A stretch of 64,000 bases of DNA from the human T2T-CHM13v2.0 reference genome, Homo sapiens (GCF_009914755.1 NC_060938.1), one strand, 5' to 3'; positions 1-13,940 are shown, counted from the first letter of the stretch. Program-made: numbers and translations. Notes: generated by a model not told the origin, from the sequence alone.

Positions 1-249
1 TGTAATGATTAGTAGTAAAATGTATTATGTTAAGCCATTGAGATTGACAAGGCAGATTTTCTATTACCTTGTCTACAGAATTCTAACATATTATTAACTT
101 CAACTTATAATAATATATTATATAGGAAATGCCTGCATATGACCGTATTTCTGGCTAATAAGTTTACAATTCCTCTTTAGAACCTTTAAAATGATATTAA
201 TGTTGTCAAATATTACATAAATACACATACACATTCAAGATTTATTTTG

Positions 250-470
250 GACTGTTGAGCACTAGTTATATGCTAGATGTTGTCCTATATACTTTATATG
301 CATTAATTTGTATAATCCCATCAGCAATCCAGTGAGGTTGGTGCTGTTCTTAACATCATTTTATAAATGAGGAACTTCCATACTAATATTAGACTATATT
401 TCTAGTCAGTGGAATGGCTGAGACTCAAGCACAGGTAGTCTGATTTGAAAGCATGAGCTCTTAATTACTA
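250..470 (-). mobile_element. MIR SINE (degenerate)
   Basis: Reverse complement of MIR core/3' region: ttgagcac...aatcccatcagcaatccagtgagg...attttataaatgaggaact. Confidence 0.7.
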
Positions 471-802
471 GGAAAACCAGAAGGGACATAAATGCGTACA
501 TGAAACTAGCTTTAAACATTTCATTCTTTTATAATTCAAGTGTGTATATGATCATCTTACAGTCTTCTAAATAGATACAGCCATACACATAATTTTTCTA
601 GTATCAATAAAATTAGTAATAGCCTATGGTAGTAAAAAAATCACATAATTAACATAAGAAAATACTTGAATATCATATGCACAGCTTTTAAGTGTTTTCA
701 AGGTTAACATTAGCACAGTACCACTATAAATAATTACACATTTACAGATCAATTAATGGAGGCAGGATGAGATGTGGTAACTTGTTGGCACAATAAGTGC
801 AG

Positions 803-864
803 ATCCAGTTGGTGTGACTCCTTAGTCACTATGGAATCCAGTTGGTGTGACTCCATAGTCTCTA
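803..864. repeat. 33-bp-period tandem duplication with internal inverted symmetry
   Basis: atccagttggtgtgactcc(t/a)tagtc(a/t)cta at 803 and 836. Confidence 0.9.
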
Positions 865-1266
865 CAATATTCTCTTTTCCCTGGTTAATTCAGTGTTTCT
901 CATCATCAAGTAGGAAACACAATTGTGACTAAAATGACAATTATGCAAACAAAACTTTTTGAAAGAGAATTCTATTTTGTGCAGTAGATAAAAATCTGCC
1001 TGTGTTTTACACATCGGTTGTTTATCTTTAAGCCAAAATGGGAAACAACAGGCTTCCCCAAATGACATTCACAATTCCTTTATTAATCAAAATAGCTATC
1101 ATAGGTAAAATGCCATCTAAAATCCTTAACCAAAAAACAAAGTAACTTTAGTATTTTAAATGCTATACACGTTTAAAATAGTTTTAAATTAGAAACTAAA
1201 CTTTCCTTTACTAGCTAACTTGCTGACTATGTAGGAAATTCCTAATGCATGTATCAGACAACTTAC

Positions 1267-1338
1267 TACATGTTGCCATTTGAGGACTGACAGGACTTTT
1301 GAGTCCCCAAATACATTCTCATTGACTTAACTCAATGC
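1267..1338 (-). pseudogene. Candidate exon I (72 nt, phase 0-0; ALS*VNENVFGDSKVLSVLKWQHV)
   Basis: Acceptor cctgtcatttag; perfect donor GTAAGT (1261-1266); one in-frame TAA. Confidence 0.5.
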
Positions 1339-1510
1339 CTAAATGACAGGTTTAATGCCTTAATGTTGACAGTTAAAATTCATGTATGCTTTCTGGAAAT
1401 GATAACACTATAACCTATTTTCAGCCACTTATCGATTAAATTATTAATACAGGTATTATATTATTTATAAAAGGAAATAGGATCTTTACAATATAATAGA
1501 TAGAACTTAC

Positions 1511-1548
1511 TCTTCCTTTTATCATGATGTGTCTTTTATCTTTCACAT
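1511..1548 (-). pseudogene. Candidate exon H (38 nt)
   Basis: Acceptor ctatattggtag; perfect donor GTAAGT (1505-1510); 74-nt intron to exon G. Confidence 0.45.
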
Positions 1549-1622
1549 CTACCAATATAGATGCCCACAAAACAATAATAAATAGTTGCTTTTGCAGAAC
1601 TTATATAGAGTAAGTCACTTAC

Positions 1623-1681
1623 AATAAAGCCAGAATATATCGGAAGCATGTAAGAAAGGCATGTAAAAATAGCTGAAGCAC
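1623..1681 (-). pseudogene. Candidate exon G (59 nt)
   Basis: Strong acceptor tctgcctttcttacag|G; perfect donor ATT|GTAAGT (1617-1622); open in all three frames. Confidence 0.65.
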
Positions 1682-1949
1682 CTGTAAGAAAGGCAGACTC
1701 AGAATAAATACCACAGTAGGCAGCTCCATGGCAGATGAAGAAACAGCAGGAAGAAACTGATTGGAGCCACATATTTCAGAGCAGGGAGTAATACCAAAGG
1801 TGAAGATTAAGCTAACTTGAGAAGAGAAATGGGCATAATAATAAACCATATTTATATTCCAATTTTGTTTAGGAATGATCTTCATGGGGTCATTCTAATG
1901 AATTTCAGAAATGTAAATACCACTTGCATCATCAATAATAATACAGAAA

Positions 1950-3170
1950 TTTTAATATAACATTTAGCAAGTATTCAAAGAACAGGCATGTTCAATCAAG
2001 CAAAACGTTTTCATTTTCTCCATTAGAATTAAAAAAGAAAAGCAACTTCACAATTCATTTTGTCAGGGTAGTGAAACCTTGAACAGAAAATGGCAGAGTT
2101 GCTTTAAAAAAAAAAAAAAAGAAAGAAAAGAAAATCATAGGTCAATCTCAGCATTGAGCATAGATTTAAAATTCTGATACAAAGTGTTTGCACAAAAAAG
2201 AAAGCACCTAGCACACTGGAAATTAGATGCAACTTATTTTAAAGTTAATTAAGGAAATAAGTAGCATTTCAGACCAGTGAGGAGAACTGAAGAGTACAAA
2301 GATATAGCGCTGGGAAAATTGATTACTTATATGTTTACAAAAGAAATTTGATCCCTTCCTGACATCTTACATAAATTCAATTCCACATTGATTAAAGACT
2401 TAAACCACTTAATTGTGGTTGGAAGGTAATTTCTAAACAAGACATAAAATAAACCCAAAAACCATAAAGTAGAAGATTTCTTTGTTCAACTACATTAATA
2501 TGGAAAATAATAAATATGAACATTACAAAGATATATTTACAATTCCCAACTCTCCTAAGATGGGTATTTTAATGTAATTATTTTAAAGTAATAAAAATAA
2601 CAGATTCAATAGGATAATGGACAAAAACATGATCTGTTATTTCATACAAAAAGCACAATGTTATAAAAATATATGATAAAAATAATTTAACTAGAAATTG
2701 AGATAAAATAACACGAGATAAATTTTTATCCCCACTCAACTGGAAAAAATGAAAAAAAAGATAATTCAAAGTGTTAGTGAAATATGATTTTCTTTCACAC
2801 ATAGCCACACTTTCAATTGGTAAGCATATGTAGGAATACAATTTTTTTCTTACTAAATGTATTTGAAAATGCACACATCCAGTAATCTGGGAATTCCAGT
2901 CATAGAATATTAATATAGAAAATCTTTCTTATCTGATCCAGGAGATATTTACATGATTGTTCCTAGCAACATTGTAACAATAATAAATGTTAACACAAAC
3001 CCAAATCTTCATCAACAATAAAATAGGTAAGTAAATTGTTCAAAAACTAAAGATAATGTCACATAGTAGTGGAAATTAGGGAACTACATACATCTCAAAA
3101 TATTAATATGGAGTAATTAAGTGAATCACAAAAAGTCTCTTTACAATATGATTTCGTTTACATATGCATG
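1950..3170 (+). mobile_element. Old L1M(E)-type LINE, degenerate ORF2/3' fragments
   Basis: A-rich, with L1 ORF2-like remnants such as ctgggaaaattgatta...gaaatttgatcccttcctgacatcttaca. Confidence 0.55.
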
Positions 3171-3184
3171 AAAACTCATGAAAA

Positions 3185-3400
3185 TTATTTTTTATTTTGT
3201 ATAAATGTATAGGGTACAAGTGCAATTTTCTTACATGCAAATATCTCAGATAGTGGTCAAGTCAGGTCCTTTAGGGTTTCCATCTCCCAAATAATGTACT
3301 TTGTGCCCATAAAGTAATTTTTTATGATTCATGCCCTCTCACTTTCTTACCCTTTTGAAATCTCCATTTTCTGTCATTCCATTCTCTGTATCTATGTGTG
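3185..3400 (-). mobile_element. L1 (L1MA/L1PB-type) 3' end fragment
   Basis: T-rich tail then tatagggtacaagtgcaattttcttacatg...tagtggtcaagtcagg. Confidence 0.65.
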
Positions 3401-3739
3401 GATAAATGTAATGAAGAACGTCGGCTAGGATTTGTGTTAAACTAATAGAAATTTTATATTAACTCAAATAATTTAGAATCTTACTTTTTAACTGTAGCCT
3501 GGAGATTGTTAATCCAGGCATAGCAGAGAGGTTTCACTAAAATTATTTTTTATGCTGGTTCATACTTAGCATTGTCATTTATATTCAAGTTCAAAAAGTG
3601 AATATTGAAGATCAGGAATCAAGAACACATTCCAGACAGTAATAAGGAGAAGAAGTTAAAAAAATAGAAAAGGGGTTCTCCTAAGAATCCTGCTCAGTGG
3701 CTTTCTCTTAGATCTTTCATCTCAGAAACCACTATTGTC

Positions 3740-4073
<334 letters not shown>

Positions 4074-4374
4074 TCAGATGAAGCTAGATCAGTATTTTAG
4101 CTGGGTATACTGCTACCTCAAATAAAATCAGGGCTCTCTACTAGGGGTAAAGAGTGAAGGGAAGTATATGAGGTAAGCAGCCGTCTTCTCCTCATACAGC
4201 AAAATGACAAGGGCATGCAAGAGGAAAGTTAATAGAAAAATAGAGGATCTTTGGAGACTGGGAAAAGGGATGCTTTGTATTTGGAATACATATGGTTTTA
4301 CAAATCCATTGGTATTATTACATATCTTAAGCTTGGTGCTAGGTACATGGATGCTCATTTTTAGCATGAGGTTT

Positions 4375-4440
4375 AGCACAAGTTTACCAATACAACAAAC
4401 CTGCACATGTGCCCCTGAACCTAAAATGAAAGTTTAAGTG
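4375..4440 (+). mobile_element. L1PA extreme 3' fragment
   Basis: aacaaacctgcacatgtgcccctgaacctaaaatgaaagtt. Confidence 0.7.
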
Positions 4441-5049
4441 GAAAGAACTAAAAACAAAATGAAACACATGAAAAAATGTTCCCAATTAATTTTTCGATTT
4501 CAATGTGAGAAATGCGAAACTTCCTTTTTTTTTTTTGCTACCAAAAATAGTGCTATACTTCCACTAAGACTTTGACTATGTTCTAGCAACAGAGCCCAAG
4601 TATGTAGTCCTGACCATGGCAGAGTTATATGGAACAGTTACACTGTCAGTTTCTTAATGTACATTTTATGTTCCTTATGCAAAAATAATAATAACCTATT
4701 TGTCTTTTATTAGCCATAATCTCTTTCTATTTTTAGAAGATAGCAAAATGACTTGCTCATCTCAAATTAGCAGAAAATTGTTTTACATATTTTCTTCAAA
4801 GAAACAAGAACGAAAACAAACTTAGCTGTAAATTATCTCCCATGAGCTGTCTTCATTTGTTCAAAGGGTAGAGAAGGAAATGACAGTGAGAAAGCTAGCA
4901 TGTATGAAGCATTTATTATGTGCCAGCGACTGTGTTAGGTAATTAGTATTCAAAGTGGTTCCTTTCAAGGTCACCACATCTCATATAACAGTGCTCCAGA
5001 CAAATTCTACAATATCACATACTGTGGATTAAAAGAGTGAGCTTCATAA

Positions 5050-5165
5050 ACTTTTTTTTGTGCTAAGAACTCTTAAAATCTGCTCTCAGCATTTTTCAAG
5101 AATATAATATATTGTTATTAACTATAGTCTCTGTTGTACAATAGATCTCTTGAACTTATTCCTCT
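5050..5165 (-). mobile_element. L1MA 3' fragment (adjacent to MIR remnant at ~4900-5050)
   Basis: ttaaaatctgctctcagcatttttcaagaatataatatattgttattaactatagtc. Confidence 0.6.
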
Positions 5166-6656
5166 TAAAAGAAACAATAGGCTTCACAGGATCAAGAGAA
5201 GAGGGCTTTCAGATTCCCAGTCTGGGCTTTGTCCCCAGATAGAGGCGGGCTGGAGCTCAGGCCCCCTAATTGATATGTGGTGTGTTTATTCATTCCCTAG
5301 ACGTACCCTGTCTCTTCCTCTTGTTCTGTCTTCCTGTAGGATAAGCATGATAAAGCATACTGTCTGAGGAGGGGTATGTAGGCTTCTGGGACCCAGATAA
5401 TCTGGATTCAGTGCTGTAGGTTTAGAGGAGTTATGTGAGAAAATCAACTGCCTAGTACCAGTGGATCATGGTAACTGTATTATTATATTTAAAACCTTGC
5501 ATTATTCTTGAGAAATCTGAGTTCATGTCCAAGGTCACACATGTAGCACATGTCACAGTCATACTTATGATTCCAAAGCCCATAGTGTTATACCAGGCTA
5601 TACTATTTTTCAATCTGAATATAATTGAGACAACTACAGTGCTCCATCAAATTCTATTTACTCTAAATTATTTTCATTTTTTTCCAGAATTCGAGTATTT
5701 TTTTGAACAGTGTTTTATTCACACATACACATGCCCACATCTCTCTCTCTATATATATATATGACTGTAATACATATTTTACATATATACAACCTGTTGT
5801 GATAGATAATATTGTGTTACAGTATCTGTTATAAGACTCATTACTTAGGCAAAGTTTTTTTATGACAGTTATACTATAAAGTATATAAAATGAATAAATA
5901 AAACAAGTAATTTCAAACAAGTTAGAAAGAATGCAGAAAGTAAGCATTATATAATTTTTACAATGTGAATATTATAGATAACTTAATAAAAGCTATATTA
6001 TGTTTCAATTTCTAAATTTCAATTTGTTGTCCTACCTAATAAAATGATAATATGAATAAAAGACTCCAAAGATTAGCTATGCCATAATCAAGAGGAGAAA
6101 ATTCAAGAAATTACAATCAAGAGTTTACTGTTAAAAGAAACATCAGTAAAATTGATTTTGAAGTATGCTGATTTGATAAATTTAGCAATACTTAGAGAAT
6201 GAGCTACTCTGAAACTATTTGACCAAGTTGGGTAATAATCTGTTAACAGGTCAACATAAAAGATTAATATACCTTTCAAAACTGTTAGTTTTTCTTTATC
6301 TTATCATAATATATTTAACTGGTAAACTTCATCAGTCACCTTGTGAATACATGACTTTCAATGGAAAGAAACTGCTATGATATAATGCATATAAATCATA
6401 ATAAAATTTTTGAAACAAATTAATACAAATTTAAATAATCTGTCCTACATATTATTGTAGTTATGTTCACTAGTCCAAAGGGTATGTTTAAGCACAGAAA
6501 TAAATTTAAATAAGAAAAATACATTTATCTTACTACCAGGCCATATCACAGAACTGTAAAATTAAATATTAGGTTGAGACCACCTGATTATTGTTACATA
6601 TACTTAGGAAAAATTCAGATTCCAGACAAAAGAAATTATTTATCATCTCATCTTAC

Positions 6657-6707
6657 CTATTAAAACTATCTTGATATTCAATGATGGATGACAGAGAAAA
6701 TTCAAAT
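6657..6707 (-). pseudogene. Candidate exon F (51 nt; alternative acceptor at 6715 gives 59 nt)
   Basis: Donor AG|GTAAGA; weak acceptor gactatcag or ttttaag; open as DLNFLCHPSLNIKIVLI or FEFSLSSIIEYQDSFNR. Confidence 0.4.
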
Positions 6708-7639
6708 CTGATAGTCTTAAAACATCATACAATTATTAATTTTACATTCCTTACTAAGATTTCTTTTGCAGTATTTTAATAAATAAACACTGATTTATCA
6801 GTATGAATTTCACTGCAAGTTTGCACTTCAGGAGAACTGCTCACTCTGTGTAAATCTATTTCACTTTATACAGTAGATATGCAAAGTTGAAACAAAATCA
6901 AATATTTGCAATAACTTGGTGTATCGTGTTAACTACCGAGGGACTTTCATTCCTTTAAAGGATGTGAGGCATCAGGAAGTCAATGAACCATGGTCTTTAG
7001 AAGGGCCAAATTTAAGCAAGAAAGTATTGTCTTCTGTCTTTTGGCCATACCACAAAAGTTCCTATGAAATAGATTATAGTTAAAGGAACTGTAGCCTAAT
7101 TCTTCTCATAAAAATTGTTTATTTATAAAAGATATAACATACATCATACTACCAAAAGTTTCTGTAGGTTACCAGAAAATTTTGAACCACACCTTTATTT
7201 ATCCGTATTTCCAAAGATAATATACATTTAGTTTCTTTGAGTTTCAAAAGCATCCTTCTCTCTTAGAAGAGGCCTTTTGTTTCTGTGTCCTAGATTTTAT
7301 CTATCAAGGTCCCAAAACTTACAAAGTCCTAGTGATCCTTTGGGAGAAGACATTTATTTATTATAGTCTGTGTGGAATATATATGTATGTGTGTGTGTAT
7401 ATATATATGATATATATATGTGTATATATGACAATTTATCCTTGAAACTACTCAATGTATTCACTCACCAAAATTGCATTGGCATACTTCACCTGACATG
7501 TTGTATGTTTTTACTCTACTAGGAGAGTAAAATAGAGAAGCATTTTTTTCCTCTCCTAATCTAAGAATTCTGTACCATTAACTTCAAGTTACCTCTAAGT
7601 GCTTCTTTAAAAGTCTAATATATTTCCCAATTTTTTCTC

Positions 7640-8940
7640 CTGAATTCATCACCTCTTTTTCTCTATCTTCAAACCTGGGATAATTCTTTCCCCATCATTA
7701 ACCATGAATGAAGACCTTGCTTCTTGTACCACTGCAAATATTAGAGGCAATCAAAGGGAACCTGTATAAACTCCCCCCTACCGTATACATCCTGTCACTG
7801 CTTCTGGCTTTTGTGCCCATATGTTCTGCTTTATTTGTCCTGTTACTAAGGATTTAACATCTGTTTAGATCTTAAGTCAACTTTTCCTCTTGCTCACTAG
7901 ATCCCATCCCTTCTTTCCCACTCAAAGACATAAGTCTCAGTAATTTTTTCCATCTACATTATGAATTCTTACCTCTTTATTGGATAGTACCCTCAAGCTT
8001 ACTAACATGCTGTAGTTTTTCTCATCTTAACAATTTACATCTCTTCCTAGAACCTCTCCCCAAAGTTCAAAATGCATGTACTTAATAGCTTAGTCTTCTA
8101 CATGAGTGTGCATTTTAAACTTGACATGTTCAAAACCTAAATCCTATTGCCTTTTTAGAAATGTAAATTCTTGCACCCTTCTCCATCTTTTTGCTTCTAG
8201 ATGCTCAGAAAATATAATTGTGTATTTTAAAGTATTCAGAATGTAACCATTTTTACTACTTTATCTGATAACATGTACAGTGGCACCACCATCTTTTCTT
8301 AGCTGATTTATTGTATTTGGCTTCTAACAGGTTTATCTGCTTCTAGTTTTGCTCCTTAAAATTTATTATCAAAGCCATAGTCAGAGGAATCATTTAATAC
8401 AATGTCAAGATGCCATTCCTCATCTCTCAGAGCCTCCCATTGCTTTCTCTCCAGCTCATAATACAAGACTAAGGCTTCTTGTGACTTAGCCTGGCTTCTC
8501 CATTCCTCCCTGACTGTGTCTGCCACCCTACTCTTTTTGCTCATTCTGCTCCAGATGCTCTGACAGCCTTACTGTTTCTAGAAAAAGCCAAGCATGCTCC
8601 CGTTTTATGCCTTTTACAGTTATTATTCTTTCTACTTCAACCATTTTCCCTCATGTAATATACATTCCGTTCTATTATTCTTTCAAGTCTCTATTCAAAT
8701 TTCACTTTATTTGGGTCTCCCCTGACCACCATACAGAACATACACACTTTCCAAACTGTTCATCCTGTTTATATTATCTATACTTCTCCAAATAATTTGT
8801 TCATTTCCTATTGTCCCTTACAATATATAGCTCCATTAATGCAGATGCTTTCCCTTTGTTGGTTCCTGATGTATTTCAAGGGGCTAGACCGGTGCTTGGC
8901 ACGTAATAGATTCTCAACATGCATTGCTGAATGGATTGAT
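7640..8940 (+). mobile_element. L2 LINE 3' region
   Basis: Pyrimidine-rich L2 body ending ttggcacgtaatagattctcaacatgcattgctgaatggattga (L2 3' terminus). Confidence 0.75.
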
Positions 8941-9677
8941 AAAATATTGTTGGGCTATTTCAAATTTGCTGTTTCTTACTTATATAATTCCAAGGATTTA
9001 AATAGTCATAACTTTCTGGGCTTATAGGCTTATTTCTAGGTTGAAACAAGAAAATCATTAAGCCCAGTGAAACTAGCGAATGTGCTTATAAGATCTTTCA
9101 GACACAAAGTACACTTTGCTTTTAGTACTTATCTTGTTCCAATCGGTAACATTTATAGACTGTAGGAACTAATAGTAGAAATTTTATACCACATTCAGAA
9201 AGAAGAAAAATGAGAGCAATGAAAATAGGCTCATTACAGGATAAATGATGATGGAGAAGAGAGGTAACCACCCCGTAATGGAAAAAGCAAATAAATTCCC
9301 AGCAGTCTGAGTTTCACAGGATAGAGAATGGAAAACTTGATAGTTATTAGGCCTCAACATCAAACAAGATGACTATTCAAGAAGATAATCCACAACTAAC
9401 TAAAATAAAAGAAATAAATTACAAAAATCAAGTGTATTGTCATTAACTGAATATTATATTATTTTTAGATTTACTACTATATGTACTTAAGAGTTGTTCT
9501 AACATAGCAAGAAATTTAGACTCTAATTTTAAGATATTTTAATTGAAAAGTTATTTAGATAACTTTTCCGGATATGTTCATGAATACAAAAAAAATCTTA
9601 TCTTTTGATTTTACTGGGAAAATTAGATGTTAATGTATTTTATTTTTTCCAAGAGTTTTTTTTTATGGTTTTCTTAC

Positions 9678-9811
9678 CAACATTAAAGCCACAGTTTTGT
9701 AATTTCCATAGCTCCTCCCATACCTTAGCACTGCTATCTGAAATTGTCATAATTGTGTTTACGTAGACCCTTGTGGTATCAAAGTTATAAAGATCTTTAG
9801 GAAAAATGGGT
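9678..9811 (-). pseudogene. Candidate exon E (134 nt, phase 2-1; PIFPKDLYNFDTTRVYVNTIMTISDSSAKVWEELWKLQNCGFNV)
   Basis: Acceptor tccaatttttag; donor TG|GTAAGA; only one open frame, and it is phase-compatible with exon D. Confidence 0.55.
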
Positions 9812-10415
9812 CTAAAAATTGGATTAAACAATTTTATTTAAAACATTATTAAAATTACCAAAATATTATTCAGTTATAAATTACAAATAAAGAAAGAATA
9901 AAGAATCTGGATACAACAGGAGGTCAGTTTAAAAGAAAGAAACAACTAGAAGAAACTAGAGCAACTTTCTTCTAATCTATATGCTTTTGACTTTCCTTGA
10001 ACTAAGGTAAGTAATTAAGTTATAAATATAACTGAATATTTTCTTATATATCCCAAATCACTACCAATTTTCTTGCTCAGCTGGCCACCTTTATTTATAG
10101 AGCAATTACAACTATAATTTATATGCAAGTGTTAGCAAACCAGAATATTATTCTTTTTTCTCATTTGTAGTAGAGGCAAGTTAAAGTTCAGCAGCTAATA
10201 ATTTCTCTGCAAATAAAATATCTCTATATGTAAAACTATTTATTCCTAAAATCACTTTCTTTCTCTCTTTCTCTTTTTCTGTGTATTTTTCTTGTTTCTC
10301 CTTCTCTCTCTTTCTCTCTCTCTGTCTCTCTCTCCAGGGTAAGAAGTATTTTTAAAAAAATCTACAGTTTCATTTTGAAACCATTTTTCTTCTACTTAAT
10401 AAAAAACGGATGCTT

Positions 10416-10559
10416 TCATTCATTTATATATTGAATCATTTATTTAATGAATAGATATGACTATATATCCATTAAAATGAATTTTAATGAATTTTTATAT
10501 ATTTTATATATTTATATATTTAATGAGATATTCATTAAATAAATTCACTAAATGAATGA
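10416..10559. repeat. Nested AT-rich inverted repeat
   Basis: 11-bp arms 10416-10426/10549-10559, 16-bp arms 10438-10453/10529-10544, 9-bp hairpin 10470-10489. Confidence 0.85.
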
Positions 10560-11054
10560 TATAATATATGATATATAAATAAATAATTATATATATATAC
10601 ACATACACATAAAACTTGAAAAACAAGTACAGCATACTTGTTTCTCAAGTTACAATTAACCAGAGAGAATACATTTCATCTCCCACAGAGATTAAATTCT
10701 GGTGAGGAACTGTATTAGCTGAAGTATTAAGGCTAAGTTAGTGACACTGTTTGTTACTATCAGGTAGCATTTATAGAAAATAGAGTAATTATTCAATTGT
10801 TGGTGGGGAGTGTGAAATGTGTGAAAAATTGAAACAAAATGATAAATATTTATGTCCATAAATTTTTTTATGAAAAAATCAAATAATTCAAAGTTACATT
10901 ACCCTGACAATTGTCTCAGTTTTTCCACCCCACAGATATAATCAAGGAGGCAATAGTAATTGCATTTTTTACTAGAGTCTTCTCACGCTTTTTAAGTTCT
11001 GTGAAGAAATGCAATCTCAGTCACTCCTATAACCAAAGCATGGACCATTTATTG

Positions 11055-11419
11055 TTGCATTATTGGTGGTTCAAGTGCTGTAACAAAATATAAACCAGGT
11101 GATTTAAAAACAATACAAATTTCTCTCTCACAGTTCTGGAGACTGGAAAGTCCAAGATCATGGTGCCTGAGGATTCAGTGTCTGGTAAGGGCTCATTTCC
11201 TGGTATGTAGTAGGTTGTCTTTTTGACTGTGTCTTCACATGGTGAAAAGGAAAAACTCTGGTCTCCTCAGTCCCTTATAAGGGCACTAATCCCATTCACA
11301 AGAGCTCCATTCTCATGACCTAATAAACTCTCAAAAGCCCTACTTCACTGTACCATCATACTGGGGATAAGGGGTCAATGTATGAATTTTTGTAGAACAT
11401 AAATATTCAGATCATAGCA
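11055..11419 (-). mobile_element. MaLR solo LTR (MLT1A-like)
   Basis: ctcacagttctggagactggaaagtccaagatc...ataagggcactaatcccatt...attcagatcatagca terminus. Confidence 0.8.
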
Positions 11420-12230
11420 GCTGTGAAACAAATTAATCACAAACTTAATACCATAAAGCAACAATAAGCTTTCATTATTTTACAGTTTCTTTTCTTTTTT
11501 TTTTTTTTTTTTTTTGAGACAGAGTCTCACTCTGTTGCCCAGGCTGGAGTGCAGTGTTACAATCATGGTTCACTGCAAGTTCCACCTCATGGGTTCATGC
11601 CATTCTCCTGCCTCAGCCTCCTGAGCAGCTGGGACTATGGGCGCCCACCACCACGCCCACCTAATTTTTTTTGTATTTTTAGTAGAGATGGGGTTTCACC
11701 GTGTTAGCCAGGATGATCTCAATCTCCTGACCTCGTGATCTGCCTGACTCAGCCTCCCAAAGTGCTGGGATTACAGGCATGAGCCACCATGCCTGGCCTA
11801 TTTTAGAGTTTCTATAGGTATAAGTTCAGAAACAGTTTGGCTGAGCAGTTCTGTCTCTCATGAAATTAAAGTGGAGATGGCTACTAAGGTTTCAGTCATC
11901 TGAAGGCTTGACTGGGGCTGGAAGATCTGCTTCCCAGCAGTTCTTACTGCAAGGCCAGAGTTCCTTTCCACATAGACTTCTCCAGAGGGCTGCCTGACTG
12001 TCCTCATGATTTGGCTACTATCTTCCTTAAGGATGAGTGATTCAGGAGAGAGCAAGGAAGGACTGCCAAGTCTTTTATAACCAAGCCTCAGAGCCACACA
12101 TCATTACTTCTGCAATGTATTATTGGCTACACAGGTGGACCCTATTTAATGTGGGAGAGGAATACATAAAAAGGTGGATATCATGAGGTGAAAATCATTG
12201 GAGACCATCTTGGAAGCTGTCTAACGCAAC
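11420..12230 (-). mobile_element. Older MaLR LTR (MLT1F/G/H-like), interrupted by Alu
   Basis: cagtcatctgaaggcttgactggggctggaagatctgcttcc...ggagaccatcttggaagctg. Confidence 0.65.
11491..11798 (-). mobile_element. Alu (AluY/Sc-like)
   Basis: Full-length antisense Alu; 15-bp TSD tatttta(c/g)agtttct at 11476-11490 and 11799-11813. Confidence 0.95.
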
Positions 12231-12890
12231 AAGAATTATTTTATTTATGATTTATTTGAAGTCTTTTTTTATTTATAATCTGTTTTACTTGGAATGATTG
12301 GTTATCAGACTCAGCACGTTTTCAAATCTGTATAACAGATGCTGTCTTGTTTGTCATTAGGTAAGTTCACCTGAAACCCTCAGGCAAGCCTTTCAGAACT
12401 AATGCCTGTTGTAATTCCCTTATTTCTTATGTGATTTAAATTGTGAAAAGCCCATATTTCTTTTGAAAAATCATTGCTTGTCTTTTGTCTCTGATGTTAG
12501 CATGTTTTCAGGCAATGTTTTTGAAGTTAAATATATTTGTTGTTTAGAGATGACTTTTCTCTGCCCTTTTATTTTACATACAAGGGTACTAGTATCCAGA
12601 GAGGTCAAGTGGCTAAGGATGCAAAATTTGTAATAAAATTTAGGTTTTCTGAATCTTAATCTTTAGTATTTCCTTTACAACTTGCTGATAGGTGGATAGT
12701 TTTTAATAATTGCATACCTCTATAAGAACACATTCATAAATTTAGCATTAAAGATTTGTAGGCTTCTTATAATGGAACACTTCACAATGCCAGCAGCTAC
12801 AAACTTTTCTCTGTATGATTTCCTTCTTTTCATTATGCTGAAGTTTCAGCTCAGCATTTCAAACACCTAAGGCAATGAAATGGAACTTAC

Positions 12891-12961
12891 CCCAAAGAGA
12901 AAACAAAAACAGTGAAAATTTCTGGGAAAATTGTAATCTTACACGTGTTGATATCAAAGTC
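12891..12961 (-). pseudogene. Candidate exon D (71 nt; DFDINTCKITIFPEIFTVFVFSL in phase 0-2)
   Basis: Very strong acceptor ttttcttttgttttcag|G and donor GG|GTAAGT (12885-12890). Confidence 0.7.
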
Positions 12962-13623
12962 CTGAAAACAAAAGAAAATTTTAGAAAAATTCAACAGTAT
13001 AATTCCTGTGTTATTTGATATTCTTTACTGAATAAATAACAAGTTAAGACTATAGAATCATTCAACCTAAAAATATACACATATATGTTTCCTTCAACCT
13101 TTAATGTCAACTTCACACATGTAGGTTTGGAAATATATTTCATTCCCTTTCAAATAAAGAATGGCTTTTCTCTTCTCCAACCAGATTATTTGTGTTATTA
13201 ATAAAAGCAGCATGCCTAAGGGTTGAATCACTTCAGGAGTTGTAAATCAAGTGTAAAATGAAAGTTCATTTGTGGGTGGAAGAAATAATGCAGAGAGAAT
13301 AGCAGGTCACCAACTATTGAACTTAGTGTATTGACATATGACACAACATTTTGTGATTCTTTAGCAGTTCATCTGTTCTTGACTTTTTGTCCTTTATAAT
13401 AATATTACAAAACAAGAGAATACCAAAAAGGCTAAAACAAAGTAAAATTATGTAATAGGATGTCTTAAGCTTTGTTTTTTAATTTATCGCTTCATCAGAA
13501 TAACTAATATGTGGTAGCATATCTTTAAAATGACCATGATGGATGCAAAAAGAACTACTTCATACTGCTTCATATTTCAAAAGTAAGTGCTTTGTAAAAA
13601 CAAAGAGCAACTTGTGTTTATAG

Positions 13624-13940
<317 letters not shown>

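Noticed and set aside
803-864. Repeat-spacer-repeat with hairpin, superficially CRISPR-like
   Set aside because: Only two copies with a 4-nt gap in mammalian DNA and no cas genes.
6535-6554. Possible 17-20 nt minus-strand micro-exon after ttttacag
   Set aside because: Donor ambiguous and length too short to support.
9985-12366. Plus-strand GTAAGT donors at ~10007 and 12361
   Set aside because: Associated acceptors are weak and give tiny segments with no phase-linked neighbours; insufficient for an exon call.
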